Source of the DNA: Candidatus Bathyarchaeota archaeon
GTDB lineage: Archaea; Thermoproteota; Bathyarchaeia; Bathyarchaeales; Bathycorpusculaceae
Assembly (NCBI GenBank): GCA_963828195.1
Contig: CAWHDT010000005.1
Location: 64,001-128,000, forward strand
Length of the DNA stretch: 64,000 bases
Direction of reading: 5' to 3'
In this document: positions 9,476 to 21,026 of the stretch, one piece after another
How positions within the stretch are numbered: position 1 is the first letter of the stretch
Layout of the letters: each line of letters starts with the position of its first letter
Position numbers and translations under genes: made by a program
The notes under the pieces: generated by a model
Told to the model about the DNA's origin: nothing
The model's input: only the letters and a program-made list of their open reading frames with translations
The model's database searches: none

Positions 9476-11644
9476 TTACACTACAAAAGGCGCGGGCTTC
9501 TGCGGCCTTCGAACCTGATTCATAAAGCTCCTATACCAATTCTCAATTTCTGGCGATATGCTCGGCGGAACCTCCTCCATAGCTTTCTCAAAATCGCTTA
9601 AGGTAACCTCTTTTGCGTTGCTGTCTCTTCTTAAAGCGTTCATGGCGGCCTCCCTGCATACGGATGATATATCGGCGCCGGAGTAACCTTTCGTCATGCG
9701 ATACTCCTTGATGTCCACATCATTTGATAGTGGCATGTTCATTGTATTAATCTTGAAGATTTCAAGTCTGGCCGCTTCGTCGGGTTCTGGAACATAAATT
9801 AGCCGATCGAACCTGCCTGGTCTTAATACGGCTGAGTCGACAATATCGGGCCTATTTGTCGCAGCTATAACTATAATGTTTTCTAAGGGCATTATTCCAT
9901 CCATTTCTGTTAAAAGCTGGCTGATGACGCGTTCAGTTACTCCGCTGTCGCCGTCACCCAGTCCCCTCCTTGGAACAAGAGAGTCAACTTCATCGAAGAA
10001 TATGACCGCTGGCGAAGCCATTCTAGCCTTCCTGAAGATCTCTCGAATAGCCTTTTCAGACTCGCCAACCCACCTAGAGAAAACCTCCGGGCTCTTAATC
10101 GAAATGAAGTTTGCCTCGCTCTCAGTTGCAACAGCCCTAGCCAGCATTGTCTTCCCACACCCAGGCGGGCCTATTAACATTATACCTTTAGGCGGCTGAA
10201 TCCCCATTCTCTTGAAGACTTCAGGATTTTTCAGTGGCCACTCAACAGCCTCCTTTAACTTTTCTTTAACCTCCGCCAAGCCGCCCACTTCATCCCAATG
10301 AACAACTGGAACTTCCACAGCAATCTCTCTCATAGCTGTAGGCGTAATTTCCTTGAATGCGTTCAAGAAATCATCTATCTGAACCTCCATCTTCTCCAGG
10401 ACGTAGGGCGGTATTTGCTCTTCCGTCAGATTTATCTCGGGAAGATACCTAAGTAGAGCTTTCATAGCTGCCTCTCTGCACAGGGCGGCCAAGTCAGCAC
10501 CCGTGTAACCGTGCGCTCGCTCAGCAAGCACCTTTAAGTCAACATCACGGCCTAAGGGCATACCTCTGCTATGAATCAACAATATTTCATGACGCCCCCG
10601 CTTGCCTGGGGTCCCTATCTCTATCTCGCGGTCAAACCTCCCAGGCCTCCTGAGAGCTGGATCCAAGGCATTCGGCCTGTTTGTTGCGCCTATTACTATG
10701 ACATTTCCTCTACCAGCCAATCCGTCCATGAGAGATAGAAGCTGAGCGACAACCCTTTTCTCCACTTCACCTGTAACCTCCTCACGTTTGGGCGCGATGG
10801 AGTCCAACTCGTCTATAAGTATGATGCTCGGGGCGGTTTTATGAGCCTGTTGAAATATTTCTCGAAGCTTCGCCTCCGACTCCCCATAGAACTTACTTAT
10901 TATCTCAGGCCCGTTTATTGAGGAGAAGTTTGCGTTCGACTCATTCGCTACTGCTTTAGCTAGGAGTGTCTTTCCGCAGCCGGGTGGGCCGAGCAGTAGA
11001 ACCCCTTTTGGAGGATCTATTCCAAGCGTCTGGAAAATCTCGGGATGCCGCATTGGAAGTTCAACCATCTCCCTTATGCGTTGAATCTCCTCTTCCAAAC
11101 CTCCTAAGTCCTCATAGGTGATGCGTGGTACACCTTTGGGTTCCGCCGCAGGTTCAGTCAATATCTGCAATGTAGTATCGTGGTTCATCTTTACTATTCC
11201 TTGGGGCTGCATCTTCGCTACAGTGAACTGGACAGAGTGACCAAGCATCATAACGGACGTCGTGTCTCCCTCAACAAATGTCCTATCGATAAGTCTGTTC
11301 TTCACAAAATTTGCAAAGTCTTCGTCAACGTTCAATCGCATTTCTACTGGAGCAAGCACTATGCTCATGGCATCTTTAACTTCAGCCTTGCGAACTACAA
11401 CGTACTCGTTTATTAATACGCCAGCATTTTTACGTAAGAACCCATCGATTCGCATAACGTTTGGATCCTGTTCTTCAGAGTCCGCTGGCCAAGCGATCGC
11501 CGACGTTTTTTTCTTCCCTGAGAACTCTATTACGTCTCCAGATGAAACCCCTAACTTTTGCATTGTACTCTGGTCTATTCTAGCGATTCCTCTAGCCACA
11601 TCTCTCTGTCTGGAATCCAGAACTTTCAGCTGAACTTCGCTCAA
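9476..11644 (-). CDS. cdc48: CDC48/VAT family AAA ATPase
   Basis: N-domain plus two AAA modules, GPPGCGKT x2, DELD/DEVD, RPGRFDR x2. Confidence 0.97.
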   Translation of the reverse strand: MSEVQLKVLDSRQRDVARGIARIDQSTMQKLGVSSGDVIEFSGKKKTSAIAWPADSEEQDPNVMRIDGFLRKNAGVLINEYVVVRKAEVKDAMSIVLAPVEMRLNVDEDFANFVKNRLIDRTFVEGDTTSVMMLGHSVQFTVAKMQPQGIVKMNHDTTLQILTEPAAEPKGVPRITYEDLGGLEEEIQRIREMVELPMRHPEIFQTLGIDPPKGVLLLGPPGCGKTLLAKAVANESNANFSSINGPEIISKFYGESEAKLREIFQQAHKTAPSIILIDELDSIAPKREEVTGEVEKRVVAQLLSLMDGLAGRGNVIVIGATNRPNALDPALRRPGRFDREIEIGTPGKRGRHEILLIHSRGMPLGRDVDLKVLAERAHGYTGADLAALCREAAMKALLRYLPEINLTEEQIPPYVLEKMEVQIDDFLNAFKEITPTAMREIAVEVPVVHWDEVGGLAEVKEKLKEAVEWPLKNPEVFKRMGIQPPKGIMLIGPPGCGKTMLARAVATESEANFISIKSPEVFSRWVGESEKAIREIFRKARMASPAVIFFDEVDSLVPRRGLGDGDSGVTERVISQLLTEMDGIMPLENIIVIAATNRPDIVDSAVLRPGRFDRLIYVPEPDEAARLEIFKINTMNMPLSNDVDIKEYRMTKGYSGADISSVCREAAMNALRRDSNAKEVTLSDFEKAMEEVPPSISPEIENWYRSFMNQVRRPQKPAPFVV

Positions 11645-11851
11645 TTTTCAACGCTCCATTAAACATATTTTTGATAAAAGCACTAAATCCGTTCTCTCAA
11701 CATCATTAGAACATATTGTGATTTGATAAGGGTGTCAGGACACTTTCTTAGACATAAACGTTGCATTTTTCTGAAAGTGAAGCTATTTTTCAGCGCACAC
11801 GCTGATTAGTTTAATTCAATTTTTCCCTGTTGTTATTTGGCTTCACTCTTC

Positions 11852-11998
11852 TTAGTGGGTTTTATTTTCGCCCCTCTTTAGGGTGTCCGTGTAGGTTTTC
11901 TTTTTCACGCTCTTTCTAATCGGGCAATTAAGCCGAATAGACGATTTACACCTGCGGCAGTTCTTAACTAAACCTACTCTTAATTGGCACATTTTCAT
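11852..11998 (-). CDS. 48-aa Cys/Lys-rich microprotein
   Basis: MKMCQLRVGLVKNCRRCKSSIRLNCPIRK...; GAGGT upstream. Confidence 0.4.
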   Translation of the reverse strand: MKMCQLRVGLVKNCRRCKSSIRLNCPIRKSVKKKTYTDTLKRGENKTH

Positions 11999-12675
11999 TT
12001 ACCTCTTTTCCTCTGTTTATACTCATTGCTCGTATGTTTATACCCATTGCTTTTTTAGCTTAATTTGTTATTTTTGCAATAGTTAAGCAATTAATTAAAA
12101 TTAACTATTCACTATATTTGCCAAAATCAGATTATCATTTGCCTTGGTGACTTGGTTTAGGCTTTTCTGGTTGCTCTATCTCACTACCCTATGGGTTACA
12201 GCCATCACCTTTATCCTCGGTTTTCCGTATTGAGGTTTCAACTGTTCACTTTTGCCTTTGCTTATAAATTCATTTAAACATGTGTTATTGCGCAAACTAC
12301 TGTCTAAATTAACAGCTAAAACCTTGCCCATTACTTTCTCTTCTATTTCTTTTACTTTAGTTCCCTTCTTTGGACTATCATGGCTCCATTTCTTTTCCTA
12401 ACGTAACTTGCCCCACATTTGTTTGAATGGTCCACTTTTTTTGGATCATACGTTTCAAATACGATACCACAGGGGCAGGTTCTAATGAGAACTTCATTAC
12501 TTAATCTCTCAGAGTTTTCCATACCACTCTACCCAACAATATTTACATTCAAGAACTTATGAACAGCCTTCTCCACATCATTATACTCAACGATTAAAGA
12601 TAATAATTCCTTCTTTTCCTCTTCAGGATTCCATGGATGCTCTTTTTCGTTAGTTCTTCTCTGGAATAGTAAGTT

Positions 12676-13236
12676 TTATTCGTAGAATATGAGGTTTTGT
12701 TCCTCCAATATTTCATGAAGCTTATGCACTGCGTCATAAACGTCCTGTTCTTTCTTCGCCCCGGTACAAACAAGGCTCCCGCTTGCAAATACCAGTATGA
12801 CCACCTTAGGCTCTTCCATCCTGTAGACCAAGCCTGGAAACTGCTCCGGCTCATACATCGTTTGTCTAAGCATGGAAACTGTCTTCTCCAAATCTACCTG
12901 TCCGCCTAGACTTGCAGAAGCAACGATGTTCACAACCTTCAAGTCCGGCTTGCAAACAATGATTATTCCGCCCATTTTCAGTTCTTTAACAACTTTCATG
13001 ATTGCTCTGCGGGCTTCCTCTCCCGATTTTGCGCCTGTACAAATCATTTTACCAGAACTAAAAATCAGCGTGGCAGTCTTCGGTCTCTTAAGCCTAAACA
13101 CTAATCCGGGAAACCGGTCAGGACGATATTCTGCGGTTGGATAACTCTTCACAACCGCGTTTAAGTCAACTTTCTGATTTAGAGCGGCCGAGGCAACAAT
13201 GTTCTGAATGTTAATTATGGCTTTAGTCTTCGGCAT
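12676..13236 (-). CDS. tbp: TATA-box-binding protein
   Basis: two TBP repeats: NIVAS...YRPDRFPGLVFR...LIFSSGKMICTGAK and NIVAS...YEPEQFPGLVYR...LVFASGSLVCTGAK. Confidence 0.97.
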   Translation of the reverse strand: MPKTKAIINIQNIVASAALNQKVDLNAVVKSYPTAEYRPDRFPGLVFRLKRPKTATLIFSSGKMICTGAKSGEEARRAIMKVVKELKMGGIIIVCKPDLKVVNIVASASLGGQVDLEKTVSMLRQTMYEPEQFPGLVYRMEEPKVVILVFASGSLVCTGAKKEQDVYDAVHKLHEILEEQNLIFYE

Positions 13237-13594
13237 TAAACATCTCTTCCTATAGTGTAGCGGATGCCTAAATACTATTCACAAAGCCTTAATGTTGCCT
13301 TGATTAGAAGCGACCTGCACGTTCCGTGTTTTTCTCTGATACATAAAATTGGTTTGAAGGAAACTTCTCAGGGGAATAAACAAACTTTAACAGCGATTTC
13401 CATTCTATAATAGTTGGAGCGAAGACGTCAAGTGATGAGACGGTCGCGTCAAAGAATATTTCGTATCTATATCATTCACCGCTATAGCATCATTAGCTTT
13501 TTATAACATATTTTTTGCCTTACTAACTTTTTGACTATTTTAGCATGAACAAATAAAGCATGGAAAAATGCAAACAATCATAGTTTTAGAATAT

Positions 13595-13663
13595 TTACCA
13601 GTCCTCTTCTTCCCAATCTTCTTCAGTTAACTCTTCTTCCCCTTCTTCCTCTTCCTCAAACAT
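13595..13663 (-). CDS. 22-aa hyperacidic peptide MFEEEEEGEEELTEEDWEEEDW
   Basis: ATG-TAA ORF; TTTATAAG TATA-like box ~45 nt upstream. Confidence 0.45.
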   Translation of the reverse strand: MFEEEEEGEEELTEEDWEEEDW

Positions 13664-14061
13664 GCATTTTTCAACTCACTTTTTAAAAAAATCGTAATAG
13701 TTACTACACTTATAAAGTTCTCTTGAAAAAATTTAAGAGATCTTCACTCTAATCCCCAATTATTGCGAATCCACCTGCCCAGAGTATGATGGCATCTGAC
13801 TACTTCATTTTCTTTCAAGCTCTTGAAGTACATGATTCCTTTCTTACTCAACTTTTTTCCAGTTCCGCAAACAACTCTTCAAGAACAGTTGAAGGAATCG
13901 TTGGAAGACTTAGAAAAACAAGGCAAAAAACCTTAACTCATTTTCTTTGGTAGGAAGACTTAAAGAACCAGTCAACATAACGCTAAAGGAGAGAAAAAAA
14001 TTGGAAAAATACAGTTACGACTTATGCACTCTTGACTTTTTCTTGTTTTAGGTGAAAATAT

Positions 14062-14238
14062 ATGAAAGATTTTAAATGCCCAATATGTGGTGCACCAACG
14101 GAAAAGGTTTGGGAAAATGCAATCAAAACAAGATACGGAATGAGATGCACGAAAGGCCACAAAAAAACAGGTGGCAAATCAGGTGATTCAATAGAGTACC
14201 CTACATTTCTTGTTCCAAGAGAAGAACTTGTCAAGTAA
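14062..14238 (+). CDS. 58-aa Zn-ribbon microprotein, not in ORF track
   Basis: MKDFKCPICGAPTEKVWE...MRCTKGH; GGTGA SD. Confidence 0.6.
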   Translation: MKDFKCPICGAPTEKVWENAIKTRYGMRCTKGHKKTGGKSGDSIEYPTFLVPREELVK

Positions 14239-14662
14239 AGAATAGACGCTTTTTTAAGTGAAAAACATGTTACGTTCAGTTTCCTATCCAAAGTTGAAGA
14301 ACAGATGCCTTAACTATATCGAGAAGAATAAGAACTTTAAGAAGGTTAGAACATGACGGACAGCTATAAAAAAGAATTGATGAATTAATAGCAAAATAAA
14401 AAGTTCAGCGTGAAGTAATCAGTGAAACCCCCGAGTGCAAAACCGTCAAAATACATAGTAGCATAGATGGTAAAAGATGCCAAGTTTGCGATAAAAAACT
14501 TAACCCCAATAAAATATTTTGGTACAAACATGACAGAGGAATTACATCAACAAATCCACGCAAAATGGCTATATATACCCGTTTCAGGCGCTAATTTTGA
14601 AGCGGATTTTGTATCTTCAACGAGACGGCAACTAAAGATAATCCCTTTTACATTGGACCTCG

Positions 14663-14971
14663 TTAAGGCTTTAATTCTCTGTCTTCACTGTAGTCTCTGT
14701 CCTCGTGGACTTCCTCTTCAGCTTCGTCTTCGCTTTCTTCTTCAGCCTCACTTGCTTCTTCGCCTTCAGCACTTGCTTTATCTTCAGCTTCACCCTTTGG
14801 TGGATAAGCCTTATCCAACCAAATTTCAAACTGTGCTTTATATTCGGAGTTAGAAAAAGCCCAATCACACAATCCACCAATAACCTTGCCCACGTCAATT
14901 TCATGTTCTTCAGCTAAACGTTTCAAGAACTCTTCCCAATTTGCAGGTAAAGACACTGGAAAACTACTCAT
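14663..14971 (-). CDS. hypothetical protein, possible ribbon-helix-helix N-terminus, acidic tail
   Basis: FPVSLPANWEEFLKRLAEE pattern; E/D-rich C-terminus; GGAGA SD. Confidence 0.6.
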   Translation of the reverse strand: MSSFPVSLPANWEEFLKRLAEEHEIDVGKVIGGLCDWAFSNSEYKAQFEIWLDKAYPPKGEAEDKASAEGEEASEAEEESEDEAEEEVHEDRDYSEDRELKP

Positions 14972-15056
14972 AAAACAATCTCCGCTATCTTGTTAGTGGC
15001 AAGTTATATTTAAGTTTCAAAGGCACTTGAAAAATTGTTTTTTGGAATGGATGTTT

Positions 15057-15245
15057 CTACCTTTGCTCTTTTAACAGTTGCAGTCGTTTGGCGACTTCTT
15101 TGGAGATCTTTTCTAAACCTTGCGCTAATTCTTCGCGATCGACTTCGTCTAAAGGGTACCATTTCCCTTCCTTGTCGATGAAGACAAGTTCCACTTTTCT
15201 TTTTATCATTAATTTCACCTTATTAATCAAATGCTTATTGTTCAC
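15057..15245 (-). CDS. hypothetical protein
   Basis: ORF track; charged helical composition. Confidence 0.45.
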   Translation of the reverse strand: MNNKHLINKVKLMIKRKVELVFIDKEGKWYPLDEVDREELAQGLEKISKEVAKRLQLLKEQR

Positions 15246-15401
15246 GAATCGCTTAAACTTTTCTTGCCCAATGGCTTCAATCAGATAATGTACACGAGTT
15301 AACAGAGAATTACCCTCAAAGCCAAATCCCGAGAAGAGTTAACAGAACCAAACAAAGCAATATTCTCAAGTGTAATCTTGAGAAACGCTTATCGATATTA
15401 A

Positions 15402-15970
15402 ATGGCAACTTCGAATAAATGGTGTGTAGCCGTTTTCAAATACAATCCTGACTCGGTAAAAAATGTGCTTGTTGAATTCTACAGGTTTGCTGATGACCTA
15501 AAAGGAGTGCGAAGTCTACATTTCTTGATCAGAGATAGAATTGACGATGAGTTTTTTTTTAGCTTCAGAGTAATGGTTGAACCTAAATTCAAAGAAATAG
15601 TCAAAACCAAATTAGCAAACAAACTGGGTATATTACTATCCGAAGATAAGTATGCCGTTGATCCAGCTGCGAAAAACAGTCTTGAGCAGTATGTTGCTTG
15701 GCTACCTGAAAAGAGAATTGCGAATTTTGGACAAAACAAGTTTGACCAATTCATTGATCTTCTCAAAAACCTGAGCACACTTGTTGTTCAGCTAATTGAG
15801 AATAACTACTTTGCCTCAAATGAGAAGAGTTGAACTAGCACACGTCACATCTTGGATGCCTGGATGAACCGAATATGGTCTGCTTAGTTCCTCAGGAATG
15901 GAAATAGGGTACTGCGACCGCTTGGACGACAAGTATTGTTCATATTTGAGACAGGACTTCCCAAAATCAA
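15402..15970 (+). pseudogene. disrupted hypothetical gene
   Basis: frameshift near 15825 (YFASNE/RVELAHVTSW) and in-frame TGA at ~15865 before TEYGLLSSSGMEIGY. Confidence 0.6.
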
Positions 15971-16049
15971 GTGACCAAAAGAAACCACAAATCATACCTA
16001 AAGACAAGTTTGCTATTATTATGCGCCAAAACTGTGCAACGCAGATGGC

Positions 16050-16357
16050 TTATTTTAGCAGTTTTATGCTTTCTTCTAGACTCATGGCTAGCTTGATTTC
16101 GCTGGTGTTCCAAGCCATCCATTTTATCATGTCGGGCTCCATGGAGAATTTCTGGAGGCTTTCTGAACTTGGGGCTTTATACACCCAAACAGTCAAATGT
16201 TCAGGAATTACAGTCCAGACTCCGATTCTTTTGATGCCATGTTTCTTTTCCAAGTCACCCAATTTTTCAGGTAATCCAATGTTATTTTTTTCATTTTCTC
16301 ATTATTTATTGGACAGTTCTCAGGAGAATGCTTAGAAACTATCAAAAAAATAGCCTT
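16050..16357 (-). pseudogene. disrupted small hypothetical gene (ferredoxin-like fold, DUF3303-like)
   Basis: upstream frame FLIVSKHSPENCPINNEK joins ORF-track frame by a 1-nt shift in an A-run at ~16263; start codon appears lost. Confidence 0.55.
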
Positions 16358-16543
16358 AAAACAACGCTCTCAAAAGAGAGAAGACTCAAAACTAAGATAT
16401 AAACCATAAGCAGACTTGACATTCTATTTAAAAATAGTTTTGTTTAGTAGAAATAGACTCAGAATAGTGCGAAATTAGGCTCGGAGCAAAACTAGGAAAG
16501 CCTTAACTGAATCATACCTGTATTGATATATGAGGAATAGTTT

Positions 16544-18193
16544 TTGTCTTCGCAAGCAGGTGGCGTGCCTGTTCTAATTATGAGAGAAGGATCTGGATCC
16601 AGAGGAAAGGATGTCCAGCGTAACAATATTATTGCGGCCAAAACAATAGCGGAAGCCGTAAAAAGTTCGTTAGGCCCCAAAGGAATGGATAAAATGTTGG
16701 TGGATAGTTCTGGCGATGTAATCATTACCAGTGATGGAAGAACTATCCTAGACAAGATGGATATTGACCATCCAGCTGCTAAGATGATGGTTGAAGTAGC
16801 TAAGACCCAAGACGCGGAAGTAGGAGACGGAACCACCACGTCGGTCATAGTTGCCGGCGAACTCTTAGGAAAAGCTGAAGACTTGGTAAACAAGGGCATA
16901 CACCCCATCCTAATTGTCGAAGGATACAGCAAAGCAGCTGATAAAGCTCTTGAAACACTTGAAAAAATTGCGTTTTCCGTTAATCCTACGGAAAAAGAGT
17001 TTTTGATGAAGGTCGCGGCAACCTCTATGGCCAGTAAGCTGGTAGCTACGAACAAAGAACAGCTTGCAGACATAGTCGTCAAAGCTGTTTTGCATGTCGC
17101 CCAAAAAGTAGGAGACGACTACACAGTAGACTTAGACGATATCATGGTGGAGAAAAAGCCAGGCGAATCCGTTGCAGAAACCACACTTATCGAAGGGTTA
17201 GTTCTTGACAGAGAAGTTGTTCACTCAGACATGCCTAAACGGGTGGAAAAAGCAAACATAGCATTATTAGAAAGCGCGCTTGAAATTGAAAAAACCGAGT
17301 TTGACGCTAAAATCAACATTGAACGCCCAGAACAGATCCAATCTTTCCTACAAGAAGAAGAAAATATGCTCAAAGCAATGGTTGAAAAGATAGTTGCCTC
17401 AGGCGCCAACGTTGTTTTGTGCCAGAAAGGCATAGACGACATTGTCAAGCACTTCTTAACTAGGAAAGGAGTCTTAGCCGTACATCGAGTCAAAGAGTCG
17501 GATATGAAGAAACTATCAAAAGCCACCAGCGGAAAAATTGTCAATAACGTAGACAGCCTCTTAACAAGCGACTTAGGCTTTGCAGAAATCGTTGAGGAAA
17601 GGAAGATCGGCAACGACAAGATGACCTTCATCGAAGGATGCAAGAACCCGCACGCAGTAGCTATCCTCATACGAGGTGCAGATAAACGCTTTATTGATGA
17701 AGCTGAACGATCACTTCACGATGCACTATGCGTAGTCCAAGACGTAGTTCAGGAGCCCAAAATCGTTGCGGGAGGGGGTGCCCCAGAAATGGAAATCGCT
17801 AGAGCACTAAGAAGCTATGCTGAAACCCTGCCAGGCAGAGAACAGCTTGCCGTCCGAAGCTTCGGCGAGGCCATGGAAATTGTGCCACTGACGTTGGGTG
17901 AAAATGCCGGTCTCGATCCCATAGATCTGCTATTAGAGCTCAGAACCCGCCATGAGAAAGGCGAAAAATGGGCAGGCGTAGACGTTTTGGAAGGAAAAAT
18001 CAAAGACATGAAAGACCTAGAAGTCTACGAGCCTTTAGCTGTTAAGAAACAGATCATCAAGTCTGCCACCGAAGCTGCCACAATGATACTGAGGATTGAT
18101 GACGTCATCGCCTCTGGAAAGATGAAAGCTCCACGTATGCCTCCTGGCGGAAGGCCAGGCGGCGGCTACGGCGGCATGCCCCCACAATATTAA
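16544..18193 (+). CDS. thermosome (group II chaperonin) subunit
   Basis: [32 protein letters not shown] tail. Confidence 0.97.
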   Translation: MSSQAGGVPVLIMREGSGSRGKDVQRNNIIAAKTIAEAVKSSLGPKGMDKMLVDSSGDVIITSDGRTILDKMDIDHPAAKMMVEVAKTQDAEVGDGTTTSVIVAGELLGKAEDLVNKGIHPILIVEGYSKAADKALETLEKIAFSVNPTEKEFLMKVAATSMASKLVATNKEQLADIVVKAVLHVAQKVGDDYTVDLDDIMVEKKPGESVAETTLIEGLVLDREVVHSDMPKRVEKANIALLESALEIEKTEFDAKINIERPEQIQSFLQEEENMLKAMVEKIVASGANVVLCQKGIDDIVKHFLTRKGVLAVHRVKESDMKKLSKATSGKIVNNVDSLLTSDLGFAEIVEERKIGNDKMTFIEGCKNPHAVAILIRGADKRFIDEAERSLHDALCVVQDVVQEPKIVAGGGAPEMEIARALRSYAETLPGREQLAVRSFGEAMEIVPLTLGENAGLDPIDLLLELRTRHEKGEKWAGVDVLEGKIKDMKDLEVYEPLAVKKQIIKSATEAATMILRIDDVIASGKMKAPRMPPGGRPGGGYGGMPPQY

Positions 18194-18346
18194 CACCCCT
18201 TAACAACAATTACAAAGATCCTATTTTCAAAAAAACCCTATTAACTGGGTTAATATTCGAGGTAACTTTTTCATCCATAGTCCTTAACAGGGCAGATCTT
18301 TTCAAAAACGTACAACAGTTAATTTTTTAAAAGAAAATGGGGGTGT

Positions 18347-19993
18347 TTATTCTTCACCTTCGGAGCCGCCGGGCATTCCACCGGCTGGTCCGCCTTTTGG
18401 CGCTTTGGATGTTATGACATCGTCAATGCGTAGTATCATGGCTGCTGATTCTGCTGCGGATTTGATTGCTTGTTCTTTAACGGCGATCGGTTCGATTACG
18501 CCGTTGTCGAGGCTGTTCTGCACTTTGCCCGTGAAAACGTTTATGCCCATGTATTTGCCGGTTTCTTTGTCGTGTGCTGATCTCAGCTCCACAAGTAAAT
18601 CTATTGGATCTAGCCCAGCGTTTTCTGCGAGTGTGCGAGGGATTACTTCCATTGCATCTGCGAATGCTTCAACAGCTAATTGTTCTCTTCCACCGACTTT
18701 TGTTGCGTACTTCCGTAGCTCTTTGGCTACTTCGATTTCTACTGCTCCTCCGCCGGCAACGATTTTGCTGTTTTCAAAAACGTCTGAAACAACTGAAAGC
18801 GCGTCGATAAGTGCTCTTTCAGCTTCATCCACCATTCGTTCAAGCCCTGCTCGTATCAATATAGCTACTGAATGAGGATCTTTGCATTTCTCAACGAAGA
18901 TCATTTTGTCGTCGCCGATTTTGCGCTCTTCAACCAAGCCGGCAAAACCCAAGTCTGTCGTCTTCAAATCGTTCAAATTGGAGGTAACTCTTCCGCCTGT
19001 TGCTCTTGCGAGTTTCTCCATGTCTGACTCCTTGACTCGTCTAGCAGCCATTATTCCTTCTTTAGATAGGTAGTGTTGAACCATATCGTCTAATCCTTTC
19101 TGGCAGAACACAACATCTGCGCCTGAAGCTTTGATCTTGGTTACCATGTCTTTGAGCATGCTGTCCTCTTGGTCTAGGAAAGCTTTCATTTGGTTCGGAT
19201 CGCGTATGCGTATTTCGGCGCTCATTTCGGTTTTCTCAATTTCCAATGCAGAATCCAAGAGTGCGATTTTCGCGTTTTCTTTCTTTTTGGGCATCGTCGG
19301 ATGGACGATTTCTTTGTCAATGATTATGCCTCTGACGAGTTGCGTCTCGATGAGGCTTTTTCCCGTCTTCTTTACCAGCTGTATGTTATCTATGTCTGCT
19401 ATCATCTTGTCTCCACGTTTCTCGGCTATCTGCTTTACAGCTTCTATGGCGATTTCCGCAAAGTGTTCTTTAGCACCGCCCACCGCTTTGCTGCCCATGG
19501 ACGTCAAGGCGACTTTCATCATTGTTTTTTGATCTTCTACGTCGATGGGCACAGCGTTTTTCTCTATGATTTCGATTGCTTTTTGAGTTGCCTTGCGGTA
19601 TCCGCTGACAAGTATTATTGGGTGAATATTTTGGTCCAACAGTTCTTCAGCTTTTTTGAGAAGTTCACTGGCCAACACCACGGCGGTTGTGGTTCCGTCG
19701 CCTACCATGTCGTCTTGTGTTTTAGCGATTTCAACCATCATTTTTGCTGCTGGGTGTTCAACGTCTATTTCTTTTAGGATTGCTGCGCCGTCGTTTGTTA
19801 TTGTTATGTCGCCTAGGCTGTCGATGAGCATTTTATCCATGCCCTTTGGGCCTAAGGTGGTTTTGAGTACTTCGCCGATTACTCGTGCAGCCATGATGTT
19901 GTTTCTCTGGGCTTCTTTACCCCTGCTTCGAGAGGTCCCCTCCTTCAAAATGAGTACTGGTTGACCACTTTGGGTTTGAGTTAAATATGCCAA
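18347..19993 (-). CDS. thermosome (group II chaperonin) subunit, second paralog
   Basis: [28 protein letters not shown]. Confidence 0.97.
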   Translation of the reverse strand: MAYLTQTQSGQPVLILKEGTSRSRGKEAQRNNIMAARVIGEVLKTTLGPKGMDKMLIDSLGDITITNDGAAILKEIDVEHPAAKMMVEIAKTQDDMVGDGTTTAVVLASELLKKAEELLDQNIHPIILVSGYRKATQKAIEIIEKNAVPIDVEDQKTMMKVALTSMGSKAVGGAKEHFAEIAIEAVKQIAEKRGDKMIADIDNIQLVKKTGKSLIETQLVRGIIIDKEIVHPTMPKKKENAKIALLDSALEIEKTEMSAEIRIRDPNQMKAFLDQEDSMLKDMVTKIKASGADVVFCQKGLDDMVQHYLSKEGIMAARRVKESDMEKLARATGGRVTSNLNDLKTTDLGFAGLVEERKIGDDKMIFVEKCKDPHSVAILIRAGLERMVDEAERALIDALSVVSDVFENSKIVAGGGAVEIEVAKELRKYATKVGGREQLAVEAFADAMEVIPRTLAENAGLDPIDLLVELRSAHDKETGKYMGINVFTGKVQNSLDNGVIEPIAVKEQAIKSAAESAAMILRIDDVITSKAPKGGPAGGMPGGSEGEE

Positions 19994-20326
19994 GTTATTC
20001 TCTCCTTAATTTTATTCATTAATAGTCTTTTTTTAGCATAGTAAGCGTTTTTGTGATTCGCAGGAAACGCCCAAATCTCAGGCGCGCTGAATAAGATGGA
20101 TTTGACCAGTAAGAGACTGGAGACTAAACATTTTCCACTGTTCCAAAACCGCTCACTCTGTAATGTAGATATCGTCAAACAGGGATTTAAACCCGTTTAG
20201 CAATTACAGCGCGATTTCTAACTAACTATTTAGTTTTAAACTGTACACGTTGATTTTTCAAAAATGCGCGTCCATATTGAAGTGCATAGGTTATCTTATT
20301 CAGCAGAAGTTTTCTAAAGTAACCAT

Positions 20327-20515
20327 TTAACTATCGTCGTGCATAAGAAAAAGTGGTTTAAGGGCTTCTTCTTTCATAATTTTTTTGATTGCAGCATCAT
20401 CATCAAAGTTCTCGCCATTTGTGGCACTCACGTGGATCTCTAATTCTTTCAGAATAAGATGAATTTCATTATTAGTACAATCGACGCAAAGCACTTGTGC
20501 CTGTTTCAAGATCAT
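20327..20515 (-). CDS. hypothetical protein
   Basis: ORF track only. Confidence 0.3.
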   Translation of the reverse strand: MILKQAQVLCVDCTNNEIHLILKELEIHVSATNGENFDDDAAIKKIMKEEALKPLFLMHDDS

Positions 20516-20539
20516 TTACTTCCATAATTACAATAGACA

Positions 20540-20914
20540 CACCGAGATGCCGAACGACTAATATTGGGAGCTGAAAAATACATTTGGCTTATCGGACAAA
20601 GACCGTTAAGCAACCTGGACGCAAAAACACTCGATATGGTCCAAAAAGGTGTTACGGTTAGACTGTTATTTGATGAAAGCAACCGCAAATTCTACGAAAT
20701 ATTCCAGAGATAAAAGATCATTTTGAAAAGAGAGTAATTCAAGTTGTTCCAGCAATTGTTAATCAGTGAAAAAATTGCGGGTATTAACATGCTTTCATTC
20801 GACGGCAGAGCAGACAGCGCAGTATTTTATGGAAAAGACCCAAAGTTACTAAAGATGGGCAAACGATTTATTTCTCTATTATTGGGAACTGGGAAAGAGA
20901 TGCTATTCAACATA
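20540..20914 (+). pseudogene. remnant of C-terminal effector domain of an archaeal HTH regulator (DUF1724/FilR1-like)
   Basis: stitched reading AEKYIWLI...KGVTVRLLF/.../ISEKIAGI...FDGRAD...GKDP/WANDLFLYYWE with three frameshifts. Confidence 0.6.
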
Positions 20915-21026
20915 ATGTAGTTCTCTATTGTTTGCGGATCGAGCCGGACTAATCCTCGCGGCACAACCGTAAACTTAAAAACAGGTCTTATGAGAGCCCT
21001 CAAAGAGACAGGTTTTGAACCCGTTC

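Noticed and set aside
12014-12051. 21-bp-period tandem TGTTTATAC(T/C)CATTGCT x2
   Set aside because: Only two units within decayed small-ORF DNA, and unrelated to the 24-bp motif beyond TATAC.
15860-15870. In-frame TGA as selenocysteine
   Set aside because: The same gene has a frameshift ~40 nt upstream and no SECIS-like element was seen; decay is simpler.
18190-18350. Inverted AACACCCC/GGGGTGTT between the convergent thermosome genes as mobile-element ends
   Set aside because: Each copy directly follows a stop codon and matches the C-rich, pyrimidine-rich terminator style seen after other genes here.
16492-19964. Long antisense ORFs over thermosome, cdc48 and ABC genes
   Set aside because: Typical shadow ORFs opposite conserved genes, with no independent motifs.
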